A stretch of DNA of 64,000 nt from an uncultured Planctomycetia bacterium (lineage in GTDB: Bacteria > Planctomycetota > Planctomycetia > Pirellulales > S012-138): positions 849,748-913,747 of the forward strand of contig CAWEKV010000002.1 of the NCBI GenBank assembly GCA_963809785.1, read 5' to 3'. Shown here piece by piece: positions 11,532-21,908 of the stretch (the first letter of the stretch is position 1; each line of letters begins with the position of its first letter). The translations under genes and the position numbers were made by a program. The notes under the pieces are model-generated. The model saw only the letters and a program-made list of their open reading frames with translations, ran no database searches and was not told the origin of the DNA.

Positions 11532-13476
11532 ATGAGTCTGACTTACGACTATGACGTGATCGTCATCGGCGCCGGCCACGCCGGCGTCGAGGCGGCGCTG
11601 GCCGCGGCGCGGCTGGGCGCCGCACGGCCCTGCTCACGACGAACTGCGACACCGTCGCCCAGATGAGCTGCAACCCGGCCATCGGCGGCGTCGCCAAGGG
11701 GCAGATCGTCCGCGAGATCGACGCCCTCGGCGGCGTGATGGGCCGGGCCATCGACGCCACCGGCATCCAGTTCCGCATGCTCAACCGCCGCAAGGGCCCG
11801 GCGATGCACAGCCCGCGGGCCCAGGCCGACAAGAAGGTCTATCAGTTCGCGGTCAAGCGGCTGGTCGAGGAGCAGCCGAACCTGACGCTGCGGCAGGAGG
11901 TGGTCGAGGATCTGCTGATCGAGAGGAGTCAGACGTCGGAGTCACGGAGCTGCAGAGCGATTCGCATGAGCCTCGACCTCCGCATCGCCGCATCGCCGGC
12001 GTCCGCGTCCGCGGCGACGCCGTCTACCGCGCCCGCGGCCGTCGTCCTGACCACCGGCACGTTCCTCCAGGCGCTCATGCACACCGGCGAGGCGAAGACG
12101 CCCGGCGGCCGGGCCGGCGAAGGGACGACCGACCGGCATCAGCGGCAGCCCTGCGCCGGCTGGGCTTTCGCGCTGGCGCGGTTCAAGACCGGCACGCCGC
12201 TGCCGGCTCAACGGCCGCACCATCGACTTCGACCAGTGCCGAAGCTGCAGCCCGGCGACGACGATCCGCGGCCGTTCTCGTTCCTCACCGACCGCATCGC
12301 CCAGTCGACCAGCTGCCCTGCCACATCACGCACACCAACGAGGCGCGTCCACGAGCTGATCCGCGCCAACCTGCACCGCGCGCCGATGTACAGCGGGCAG
12401 ATCCAGTCGCGCGGGCCGCGCTACTGCCCGTCGATCGAGGACAAGGTCGTCCGCTTCGCCGACAAGGACGCGGCACCAGATCTTCCTCGAGCCGGAAGGC
12501 CGCAACACGCGCGAGTACTACTGCAACGGCATCTCGCACCAGCCTGCCGCGCGACGTGCAGGACGCGATGCTGCGGCTGATCCCCGGCCTGGAGCAGCGC
12601 CGAGATCATGCGCTACGGCTACGCGGTCGAGTACGACTACTGCCCCGCCCGACCAGCTCCGGCCGACGCTGGAAACGAAGCGCGTCGCCGGCCTGTACTT
12701 CGCCGGGCAGATCAACGGCACGACCGGCTACGAAGAGGCCGCCGCCCAGGGCCTGATGGCCGGCGCCAACGCCGCGCTCAAGCTGCAGGGCCGAGCCGCC
12801 GCTGGTCCTCGACCGCGAGCAGGCGTACATCGGCGTGCTGATCGACGACCTGGTGACCCGCGGCGTCGACGAGCCGTACCGCATGTTCACCAGCCGGGCC
12901 GAGTACCGCCTGCTGCTGCGGCACGACAACGCCGACCGCCGGCTGACGCCGCTCGGCCGCGAGCTCGGCCTGGTCGACGACGACCGCTGGCAGCGGCTGG
13001 AGGCCAAGCTCACCGCAATCGACCAGGTGGCCGGGCTGCTAGGGAACACGCACCAGGAGGGGGCCAGTCTGACCAAGTGGCTGCGACGCACCGAAGTCCA
13101 GTGGCCCGATCTCGTGGCCCGGCTGCCGGCCCTGGCCGATGTGCCGGCCGAAGTCGCCGAACAGGTGACGTGCGACATCAAATACTCGGGCTATCTGGAG
13201 CGGCAGGAGGTCGAAATCAATCGGCAGCGCCGCATGGCGGGCAAGCGCATCCCGGAGAGCTTCGACTATGCCCACGTGCCGCACCTGCGGATGGAAGCCC
13301 GCGAGAAGCTGGCCCGCGTGCGGCCGCTGAGCCTGGCGCAGGCCGGTCGGATCAGCGGCATTACGCCGGCGGATTTGGCGGTGCTGATGGTGCACTTGCA
13401 GGGATCGCCGTACGCTGCCAGCTTGCCGGCGGTTGTTAACACCTCAGAGACAAAGGACAACCGCGCGGTCAAGTAA
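11532..13476 (+). CDS. mnmG: tRNA uridine-5-carboxymethylaminomethyl modification enzyme MnmG/GidA (many frameshifts)
   Basis: [72 protein letters not shown] and RISGITPAD. Confidence 0.95.
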
Positions 13477-13493
13477 TCAACCAAGGCCAAGCA

Positions 13494-14096
13494 ATGACAG
13501 CAGATCAACAGCCTCGCGATCGCCCACAATTCACGCTACGTCAGCTGATGGGCTGTGTTGCGGTCATTGCGACCGTGTTAGTCATTGGCACACCGATGGT
13601 CAGGTGGTTGGCCGCCCAGGACGACTTTGCCGTACTGCTGCCGATCATTGTCACCGTGGTGGTCGTCATCCCGGGACTAGTCATTGGGCTGGGGATACAG
13701 CCGTTGCGCTCCGACTGCACGAAGGGCGCGACGAGAGCTGAAGTCCTCTCCCATGCGATTGGATTGGCGGGCTTAGTGATCGTCGTCTACGGTGTCATCT
13801 CGCCATCTGTCCGCATTTTCCGGGAATACGAGGTGCTATTGCCGGCCCTGACCCAAAACGTGGTGGCAATCAATCATGCTGCGATGCAACACGTGGAGCT
13901 TGTCCTACCCTTGGTCGTCTCGCTGGTGTTCGTGGACATCGTCGTGTTCGCTCCGCTCCACGCCGCAACGGCTCGGCGACCTTGGGCCAGGCTCTGGTCG
14001 GCCGGAATCACGCTACTGTTGCTGACGGCCATGGTTGTCTTGTTCGTGGCGGTCTTGTCTCCACTCTTCGTGGTATCACAACGCCTGTCTTCGTAG
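13494..14096 (+). CDS. Multi-TM hypothetical protein with N-terminal PQFTLRQLM motif
   Basis: Five hydrophobic helices. The segment IFREYEVLLPALTQ resembles the T2SS-F/PilC loop. Confidence 0.7.
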   Translation: MTADQQPRDRPQFTLRQLMGCVAVIATVLVIGTPMVRWLAAQDDFAVLLPIIVTVVVVIPGLVIGLGIQPLRSDCTKGATRAEVLSHAIGLAGLVIVVYGVISPSVRIFREYEVLLPALTQNVVAINHAAMQHVELVLPLVVSLVFVDIVVFAPLHAATARRPWARLWSAGITLLLLTAMVVLFVAVLSPLFVVSQRLSS

Positions 14097-14100
14097 CCTG

Positions 14101-14129
14101 CACGCCGGCCTTACGGCTCGACGCTCGCC
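14101..14129. repeat. REP arm, family B (..CTTACG..CGCTCGCC), overlapping the 3' end of the DUF2330 gene
   Basis: cacgccggccttacggctcgacgctcgcc. Near-identical to 34017-34045 and related to 53963-54042. Confidence 0.7.
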
Positions 14130-15604
14130 CTTCGCAGCCAGGCGATGGATAGCGCCAGGCCGATGGCTACGCCGAGAGTGATGAAACCCAGGCGGAGGCC
14201 GTTCGAGCGCGATGCCGGCGCCGGCGCCGGCTCCAACGCGCCTAGCTTGATCGTTCCCTCGCGCTTGCCGGCCGGCTTCTTGTCCTTGGCGTCATAGAAC
14301 TCGGCCGCGTTCCGCCGGGCAGGCATGCGGTATTCGCCGAAGATCAGGTTCTGCGCCCCACCACCTCGCGGGGAAAGTCGCCGTCGATCACCGTCAGGGT
14401 CATCTTCTTGACGTCGGCCAGCGCGTCCTTGACGGCCTTCTCGCGCTCTTTGTCCAGCGCCGCCAGGTTCAGCTTGTCGATCTCCGGTCCGCGCAGGCCG
14501 AAGTGCTCGCCGATCCGCAGCAGCATCTTCTCGTCTTCTTCGAAGGCGTGCGACAGCCGGCCGTTCTTCACCGCCAACAGGTCCGAGGCGAACAGCTCCT
14601 TGGCAAAGCCGTTGTGCGGCACGGGATCGCGCTGCTGCGGCAAGCTCTGCCGCTGCCAGTCCTGAATGTCCGCCTCGGTGCCGCCGACGATCCGCAGCGG
14701 CAGCGGCTGTGTGACGTTCTTGAACAGGTCTTCGCCGGTGAGCTGCCGAACGACGTATTCCTCGGGGATCGAGCGAATCTTTCGCGGCCCGTCGGTCAGC
14801 AGATAGATCACGTTGTGCAGCTCGCCCTCGTTGTAAGCGGAGAGCCGCATCGGCAGCACCAGCTTGTCCGTCTTGAAGCGGAAGGCCATCGCCTGCACGT
14901 GGCCGTCGAAGGCCGAGCCGGCCGGCAGCTTGGTGTCCACGTCTTTCATCCGCGGCTTGGGATCGACGTTGGCCTTGCCGCCGACCTTGGCCTTTTCCGC
15001 CACGAAGCACCAGCCGAGCTTGATGTACTCGTCGCACACGGCGTCCATGCCGGTGGGATACTTGTAGCCGTGGTCGTCCATCCACCGTTTCAGCGCGGCG
15101 GAGCTGCCGGCCTCCAGCACGGCGGCCTCGTACATGCCCACCGCCTCTTGCCGCAGCACGCGGACTTCGTTCTCCTTCAGCTTGAGGCCGTCGTCCAGTT
15201 TCCCGTTTGCCGCGTAGGAGAAGGCCCCCCAGGCCCGTCCTTTGAAGCGGCTCCATCGCAGATCGATCAACACCTCGGGCGGGTCGATGGCCTTGGAGAT
15301 TTGCGGGAAGATGTCTTCGGAGACCTTCCGCAGGGCCGGCGGCGTCGGGAAGGAAATGAGCATGCCGAAGTCTTCGACCTTGCCCGAGAAGCCCGGCCGA
15401 ATGACGAACGTCTCGATTCCGTCCTTATAGAAGACGTAGGTGTGCTGATCGCCGACGCGGACCAGCGACGTGTTGTCGTTCAGGTAGATCGGCGGCACCA
15501 TGCCGCAGGGATCGGCGAAGGCCTCGCGAGCCCAGAGGGCTCCCAAGGCAAGAGCCAGCGAGGCTAGAAAGACTGATGTCTTGACGCAGGATGTTCTTGC
15601 GCAT
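14111..15604 (-). CDS. DUF2330-like secreted/membrane-anchored protein (frameshifts near both ends)
   Basis: Signal peptide then ADPCGMVPP, ETFVIRPGFSG..DFGMLISFPTPP, VGMYEAAVL, WMDDHGY and LPMRLS. C-terminal TM helix. Confidence 0.75.
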
Positions 15605-15754
15605 TGCTCTGTCTCCCCCGACGGATGACCGGATGGCGTTTCGAAGTTAGACGACTGGTAAGCTCGCGAGTTCCGCCAGGTGTCGTGGCTGGGACCGAGC
15701 GAAGCGAAGCCCAGCGAGGTGCTAGCAGCGAGCCATCCATCCGCCTGATCCTGA

Positions 15755-16490
15755 TCAATCCGACAGCTCGCCCAGCTCTTTCCGCAGGCGGTGCAGCACA
15801 CGCGATTTGGCGACTCGGACCGTGCCGGGCTGCATCGACAGCTCCTGGGCAACCTCCTGCGCGGTCTTGCCGTCCACGACCACTCGCCAGAAGGCCTGCC
15901 AGGTTTGCCCTTCGAAGTGGCCGGCGATCTGCTGGAGGGCCCTGCGAAACAGCTCGCGAAAAGGCAGGTCTTCGGGCAGCACGTTGTCGTGCCAGCTCGC
16001 CTCCAAGTTTTCGCTGCCGGTGATTGGTGCGCGCGCGCTTCGCGTGCCGTCCGAAAGGACGGCACGCGAAGCGCGCCTGCTGCTCTGCTCGCTGTCCTCT
16101 GCGGCGGGAAGCTCCGAGAGGCGGAGCTGCGCGGTCGTGCCGCCGGTGGCGCGCGGGCGGCGCGACTCGCGGCGGAAGTGGTCGCGGACCTTGTTCGTCG
16201 TGATGCGGCGGAGCCAGCCGCGAAACGTGTCGCCAGGGCTGTCCTTGTGAAAATCCGGCATCTTCCTGGCAACCGCCTGGAACACGTCCTGAAAGACGTT
16301 CGGCCATGTCCTGCTCCGCCAGGCCCAGCTTGCGGCACCAATAATAGACGAGCGGAGCATAGAGCGCGACCAACTGCTCCCAGGCGGCCGGTTCCCGGTC
16401 GCGCAGCGCGGCCAGCAGACTGCGCGACGTTGCCGTCTGCGAATCGGTCGGACCGTGCGGTACGGTGTTGGACGACACTGGGGAACTCAA
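15755..16490 (-). CDS. ECF RNA polymerase sigma factor (one frameshift)
   Basis: TSRSLL..LRDREPAAWEQLVALYAPLVYYWCR, DVFQDVF, TFRGWLRRITTNK; region 4 TWQAFW...AQEVAQELSMQPGTVRVAKSRVLHRLR. Confidence 0.9.
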
Positions 16491-16501
16491 CCTATTGGGT
16501 C

Positions 16502-16647
16502 AAATCCGAAATTCGAAGCACGAAATCCGAAACAAGGACCGAATACCCAAGGACCGAAACCTCGGGCGAGCGCGTGGGCTTGTTCGCGATCATTCGTGCT
16601 TTGAATTTGTTTCGGATTTCGGATTTCGAGCTTGGGATTTCGTGCTT
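16502..16647. repeat. Inverted arrays of AAATCCG/AAATTCG/AAGCACG heptamers
   Basis: Left arm 16502-16560, complementary right arm ~16592-16647. Lies between the kinase and the sigma gene. Confidence 0.9.
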
Positions 16648-16650
16648 CCG

Positions 16651-18629
16651 TTATCGTGCCCGCGCTCCCAGCCACAAGGCGAGCGAAATCCCCACCAGGA
16701 TCACGGCCACGCTTCCCATGATGACAAACGTCCCCCGCAGTGGCGATTGCCTGCGCTCGGTGTCAGGTTCCAGCGGGCGCGTCACCTCGAGCACGCCGGC
16801 CAGGTCACCGACTCTCCAATCCCGTTTGGGGCTGCGTCCTTGTCGCCGTTGTGACAGCTCAGGCAGCTCTCCTTCATGACTTGGGCTTTGGCGAACCGCA
16901 CGACCCGGCGGCCGTCTTTCTCGGCAAACTCGTGAATCGACGCGTCGGCCTCGCCAGCGGCGAGGCGGTCGCCCAGCACGTCCAGCGCCCGGCGCTGGAA
17001 ATCGTCCTTCGAGCTGCCGCCCGGCCGCCAGGAATGGTCGCTGTAGAGGCGGACTTGCATGCCTGATTCTTCGGCGATCCCGTCCGGACCGGGCTTGCCG
17101 CGGCTGATCCGCTCGCCGATGTCGATCAACAAGGTGGCGGGCAAGGGAATCGCGTTGCCTTTGCCATTTTCACTGCGCTTGTTGATGGACTCGTACTGAT
17201 CCGTCACGTTGACCTTGCGCCGGTCCAAGTGGTCCACGATCTCGTCATTGTAGTAGGCGTTGATGCGCTCCAGCATGTCGGCTTCCATGCGGGCGCTGTC
17301 CAGGGCCGTTTCCTCGACGAACTGCGTGGAGAGCCGAGACAAGTACCAGAAGCCGGCGATCGAACCCAGCGAGACCATCAGCAACAAGCTGGCGGCCAGC
17401 GGATACCGCCGGCACCACCGCCACAGCCGCTCGAGATGGCCCATCGGCCGGGCAGCGATCGGCTCGCTGGCAAGAAAACGCCGCAGGTCGGCCGCCAGGT
17501 CGGCCGCCGACTGGTAGCGGCGGGCCGGCGATTTGGCCAGCGCCTTGAGGCAGATCGTCTCCAGGTCGCGCGGCACGCCGTCGTTGAGCTGCCGCGGCGG
17601 CCGCGGCTCGTCCTCCAGCACCTGCAACAGCAGCATCCGCCGGTTGCCTTGGAACGGCCGCTCGCCCGTCAGCAGCTCGTACAGCACGACGCCCAGACTG
17701 TAGACGTCGGTCCGCGCATCCACTTCGTGCGATTCGCCGCGGGCCTGCTCGGGCGACATGTAGGCCGGCGTGCCCATCAGCCGGCCGTCAGACGTGATCG
17801 TCTCGCCGGCATCCCCCTTGGCCAGTCCGAAGTCCATCAGGTGCGGGCGGCCCTGACCGTCCAGCAGGATGTTCGACGGCTTGACGTCGCGATGGATCAC
17901 GCCTTGTTCATGGGCATATTGCAAGGCGTCAGCGATCTCGGCCACTAGCTCAGCCGCGCCGCGGTCGTCCGGCCGCTTGGACTGAAGCCGCTTCTCCAGC
18001 GTCTCGCCCGCGATGTATTCGGTGACCAGAAAGCAAACGTCGTCGTCGGTGTGTCCCGTGTCGTAGAGCGAGACGATGGAAGGGTGCTTGAGCTGGGCGA
18101 CGCTGCGGGCCTCGCGGAGAAAGCGCTCGACCTCTTCCGCGCTGGCGAAGCTGCCGGCCCGCTGGATCTTCAGGGCCACGGTCCGGTTGAGCGCCGTGTC
18201 GCGCGCCCGAAAGACGTAGCCGAACGATCCCACGCCCAGCTCGGCCTCCAGCTCGAACCGCCCCAGCCGGCACGGCCCCTCGGCCAGCTTGCGCGCCAAA
18301 CGGCGGCCGGGGTCGAGCGAGAGGCTGCTCTCCTCGGCCGAACTGGCGTCCTTGGCGCTCATGGCCACGTGAACGAGCCGGTCGGGCACACCGGGCCGCG
18401 TCGTCCCCTGTGATCCCGCCCCGTTCGACGCCACATCGAGCTGATGCAGGTCGGTGAGCAGCCCGTCGGCGTAATGATCCAGCTCCTGAAGCGAGGCATC
18501 GCAGCGTGGGCAACCAGCAACGTGCAGGGCGATCTCTTCGAGTTTTGTCCCGGCCAGATCACCCACGGCAAACGCCTTCAGGTCCTCGAGGCCTGGGCAA
18601 CGGGTGGTAGGTTCAGATGGCGTCCCCAT
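16651..18629 (-). CDS. Ser/Thr protein kinase with N-terminal HxxxCxxC anti-sigma-like finger, TM helix and extracytoplasmic c-type heme domain (DUF3365/Tll0287-like)
   Basis: HVAGCPRC; LGVGSFG, VALK, HRDVKPSN, DFGLAK, GTPAYMSPEQ; then a TM helix, PLPAT, VRLYSD, CLSCH and GVLEVTRPL (after a frameshift near 16830). Confidence 0.9.
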
Positions 18630-18736
18630 GTTTCCCCCGATCATGCGGCAAGCGCGCGGGCGGTGCGCAGATAGACATTTCATCATAACGTAGAGGCGTT
18701 ACGACTGCGCACACCGGCTTACATGAGTGCGAGGAG

Positions 18737-18849
18737 GACAACCACGAATCACACGAATAACACGAATGGTTTGTCGCGACGAATATTGGGGACCCATGAG
18801 AGTCGCGCTGTACTCTTCATTCGTGCTATTCGTGTGATTCGTGGTTGTC
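18737..18849. repeat. Inverted arrays of (A)CACGAAT 9-mer-period repeats
   Basis: 32-bp arms (18737-18768 and 18818-18849) with one mismatch. The right arm encodes the last codons of DUF790. A related arm lies at ~63019-63050. Confidence 0.9.
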
Positions 18850-20046
18850 TTCTTTCTTCAGCCGCTCCAGCACATCCTCCACTCGAAGCCGGCTCTTATA
18901 GGCGATCGCTTCGGCGGGCCAGTGGCTCGATTGCCTGCTTGCGCTGGGGCCGAGGGCCAGCAGGATGCGATGATTCGAGAACGTCTTGAGCGTCTTGACC
19001 TTGGCTTCGAGGTACTGCGGCGTCCAGAAGCCGACGATCTCCAGCAGCGCCGAGCGCCCGTCGTCGTGCCGGAAGGCAAAGTCCGGCACGAAAACTCTCT
19101 GACCGTGATGCAGCACCTCGCCTTCGCGGACGAGCGTCCAGCCGTCGCGCTTTGGGCCCCAGTCGCCGGCGAAGTCCGCCTCGACGCGCGAATCGAACTC
19201 CTCGGGTGCCGGCAGATGACTGGTCAGGCCGTCATCCGGCGAGAGGTCGAGGCCCACGTTCCAGCCGTGTCGCCGCGGCTGCACGACGGCGTGCATCCGC
19301 CAACCGCGGCAGGCGATCAGGGCCGGCAGGAACTTCGCCATCGCCACCCCGTACCGACGGGTCACGCGCAGCACCGAGGCTGGGCCGTCGAAACGGACTT
19401 CATAGCGGCCGACGCCGGCGGAGCGAATGGTGTGCATCAGCCCGGCCAGCTTGGCGTAGCGCAAGATGACCTTGAAATCCTGGTCCGCCCACACGGTCAG
19501 CGACACGGCATCCAACATCGCCGCCTGCACCTGGGCCACGTTGTAGCGGGCCAGGAGGGCGGGGCCGTCGGCGTAGCCGGCGAACGAATCGAGCCGGTGA
19601 AACTCCGTGATGTCGGCGAACAAGCTGCGATCGATGTCGTTCCAGGAGCGACCAAGCTGCGTGGCGATCGCTGCCTTGACCCGGGTCTCCTCGTGCGGAA
19701 ATTGGCGATCCGGGCAGCGCACCAGCGGGTGCATCGTCGCCGCTAGCCGAAATGTCCTTTGCCGAAGCCGGGCCGCTCTGCCGCGCTGGTCGTGCTCGTA
19801 GCGGCTGGCGTCGTCGAGCAACTTCACGAAGGCGCCGATGCGCCGCGCCGGGCAGTCCGGTTCGCTTGCCAACACTTCGTGGATGGCGCAATGCAGCTCC
19901 TGCCGCATGCGGCCGATGCCATCGCGGTAAATTCTCAACATCCGCTCCGCGTAGCGGGCGTACCGGGCGTGCTTGTGCCGCGTGAGCCGGTCCGGATAGA
20001 CGCGGCTGCGGTCGTATTCGGCGAGGGCCAGGGACCTGGGGAGCAT
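18826..20046 (-). CDS. DUF790 family protein (Bax1-like PD-(D/E)xK nuclease)
   Basis: LLARYNVAQVQAAM, DGPASVLR.TRRYGVAMAKFLPAL, FDSRVEADF, FVPDF and EIVGFWTPQYL..K. Confidence 0.9.
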   Translation of the reverse strand: MLPRSLALAEYDRSRVYPDRLTRHKHARYARYAERMLRIYRDGIGRMRQELHCAIHEVLASEPDCPARRIGAFVKLLDDASRYEHDQRGRAARLRQRTFRLAATMHPLVRCPDRQFPHEETRVKAAIATQLGRSWNDIDRSLFADITEFHRLDSFAGYADGPALLARYNVAQVQAAMLDAVSLTVWADQDFKVILRYAKLAGLMHTIRSAGVGRYEVRFDGPASVLRVTRRYGVAMAKFLPALIACRGWRMHAVVQPRRHGWNVGLDLSPDDGLTSHLPAPEEFDSRVEADFAGDWGPKRDGWTLVREGEVLHHGQRVFVPDFAFRHDDGRSALLEIVGFWTPQYLEAKVKTLKTFSNHRILLALGPSASRQSSHWPAEAIAYKSRLRVEDVLERLKKEDNHESHE

Positions 20047-20092
20047 CGGAATTCCGTCATTTAGTCCAATCCAAGACGACGGACATCGTGCG

Positions 20093-20290
20093 TTAACCCT
20101 TGAGCTTACCGGAGCGAATGAGGCGGCCTAGTCGTGAGATCTCCCGGTGAGTCTTATCGCCGGCGAAATCCCCGACGATCGCCCGGTACCAGCGCTCGGA
20201 GCGCTTCTGAACCAGCGATGCCTTCAGCTCCGCTAGTTCCTTCTCGACACGGCTTAGGCGCGCTTCGAGCTCTTTGGTGGCACTGCTCAT
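20093..20290 (-). CDS. Small coiled-coil protein, antitoxin-like
   Basis: LEARLSRVEKELAELK..RWYRAIVGDFAGD...RLGRLIR resembles short proteins usually found next to PIN toxins. No toxin is adjacent. Confidence 0.55.
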   Translation of the reverse strand: MSSATKELEARLSRVEKELAELKASLVQKRSERWYRAIVGDFAGDKTHREISRLGRLIRSGKLKG

Positions 20291-20329
20291 GGCATTCGTG
20301 GTTTGTACCCGGCTGGTTGAGTTGATCGT

Positions 20330-21722
20330 ATTCTACGTCGCCGCATCAGCTCGGGGCGGCGCGAGCGCTGCTCCTCGGTCGTGTCCGCGCAGACGATCTC
20401 GTACAGCGTGGCCCGCGCGTTGCCCGAGCGGCGCAGGATGCGGCCGAGCCGCTGTTTGGCCTGCTTCGTCGAGGCGGTGCCGCCGATGACCACGGCCACC
20501 TTCACTTCCGGCACGTCCACCCCTTCATCGAGCACCTGGTTGGCCACGAGCGCCGGATACGTGCCGTTGGCAAACCCCTCCAAGACTTCCCGCCGCTCCC
20601 GCTTCTGGCAGTGGTTGAGCAGGCAGGGGATCAGGAACCGCCGCGACACCTCGCGCGCCATGGCGTTCGAGCCGGTGAAGATCAGCACGGCGCTGCCGGC
20701 ATGCAGGCGGAAGAGGTCCTCCAGTACGCGCAGCTTTTCCTCGGCCCGGTCTTCGATGGCTTTTTTCCGCCGGCAGGCCAGCGCCGCCCGGCGTACCTGC
20801 GGGTCGCGGCCACTTTCGGCAAGCAGCCGCTGCCACGTGAAATGCGGATCGGCCCGGCGGCGCCGCATGACGTACTGCCGCACCTGGTGCGCAAGGAGTT
20901 GTAGAGCGACTGCTCGCGGTCGGACAGGCGAACCGGGATGCGGACCACGTCGTAATCGGCCAGCACGTTGCCGCGCACAGCGGCCAGCGGCAGCTCGTAG
21001 ACGCGCGGGCCGATCAGCCAATCCAGGTCGGCGTGCCGGCCGTCGGATCGCTCGGGCGTGGCCGTCAATCCGAGGCGCAGCGGCGCGGCCGACATCCGCG
21101 CCGCGTCGCGGCGCACGTCGCCCGGCAGGTGATGGCATTCGTCGAATACGACGAGCGCGAAGGTGACGCCCAGCCGCTCCATGTGAATGCAGGCGCTGTC
21201 GTAGGTCGTAACTGACAAAGGAGCGATGCGATGCACGCCATCGCCCAGGATGCCGGCGTCGTAGCCTAAGGAGTCGTGGATGCGGCGGTGCCACTGGTAC
21301 ATCAGATCGCGCACCGGGGCCACGACCAGTGTGGAGACCGCCGCTGCGCGGATGATCTCCAGGGCGACTTCCGTCTTGCCCGTTCCGGTCGGCATGACGA
21401 TCACGCCCCGCCGGGCCCGTTTCCAAGCGGCCGCCGCCTCGCACTGCTCAGGCCGCAGCGGCGGCAAAGAGATGCGCGGCCAGCGGAGCCGATGCTGCCA
21501 GCGAGCGACGCGGTCGTCGAGGCAAACGCCGGCTCGCAGTCGCTCTCGCAGCTCCGCGTAGCCAAGGGCGTCACACCGCCAGGCACTGACGCGCGGGTCC
21601 CAAGCCCAGCGGGCCGATTTCATTTTCATCCACGGCTGAGCGTGACCGCGGCCTAACCCTTCCAGCAGCAGCGTGCCGTGGGCAAAAGTCAGCCGGGGCG
21701 GCGCCGTCCTAGGCGATTGCAC
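20330..21722 (-). CDS. SF2 DEAD/DEAH-box helicase, XPB/Rad25-like (frameshifted; 3' end approximate)
   Basis: LRPEQ, MPTGTGKT, FDECHH, LGLTATPER, VLDEGVDVP and QRLGRILR. Confidence 0.9.
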
Positions 21723-21797
21723 CGCAGGCCCCTCCAGAGCAGGCCCCGGCCATCGTATCGGCCGTCGCGGGCGAAACAAGCACCTCGTTTCCTGTAC

Positions 21798-21908
21798 TTT
21801 GAACAGCAACGAAAGAAACAGAGAGTTGCCCGATACGCCACGAGGCTCTCTGTTTCCTCTGTTCCCTCCTGCTCAAACAAGAAGTTCGCGGGCAGCCACC
21901 TGGGCCGT
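21798..21908. repeat. ~110-bp palindromic MITE-like element, copy 1
   Basis: Internal AACAGAG/CTCTGTT inverted arms. It is the reverse-complement match of 62831-62942. Confidence 0.85.

Noticed and set aside
11920..11985. Repeat-derived insertion in mnmG (agtcaga/agtcac-like units after EDLLIE)
   Set aside because: Plausible, but the region is too corrupted by indels to define a repeat or a frame.
18690..18725. ECF-type autoregulatory promoter upstream of the kinase (TGTAAG...CGTAAC on the minus strand)
   Set aside because: The spacing is atypical and there is no convincing second instance to support a motif.
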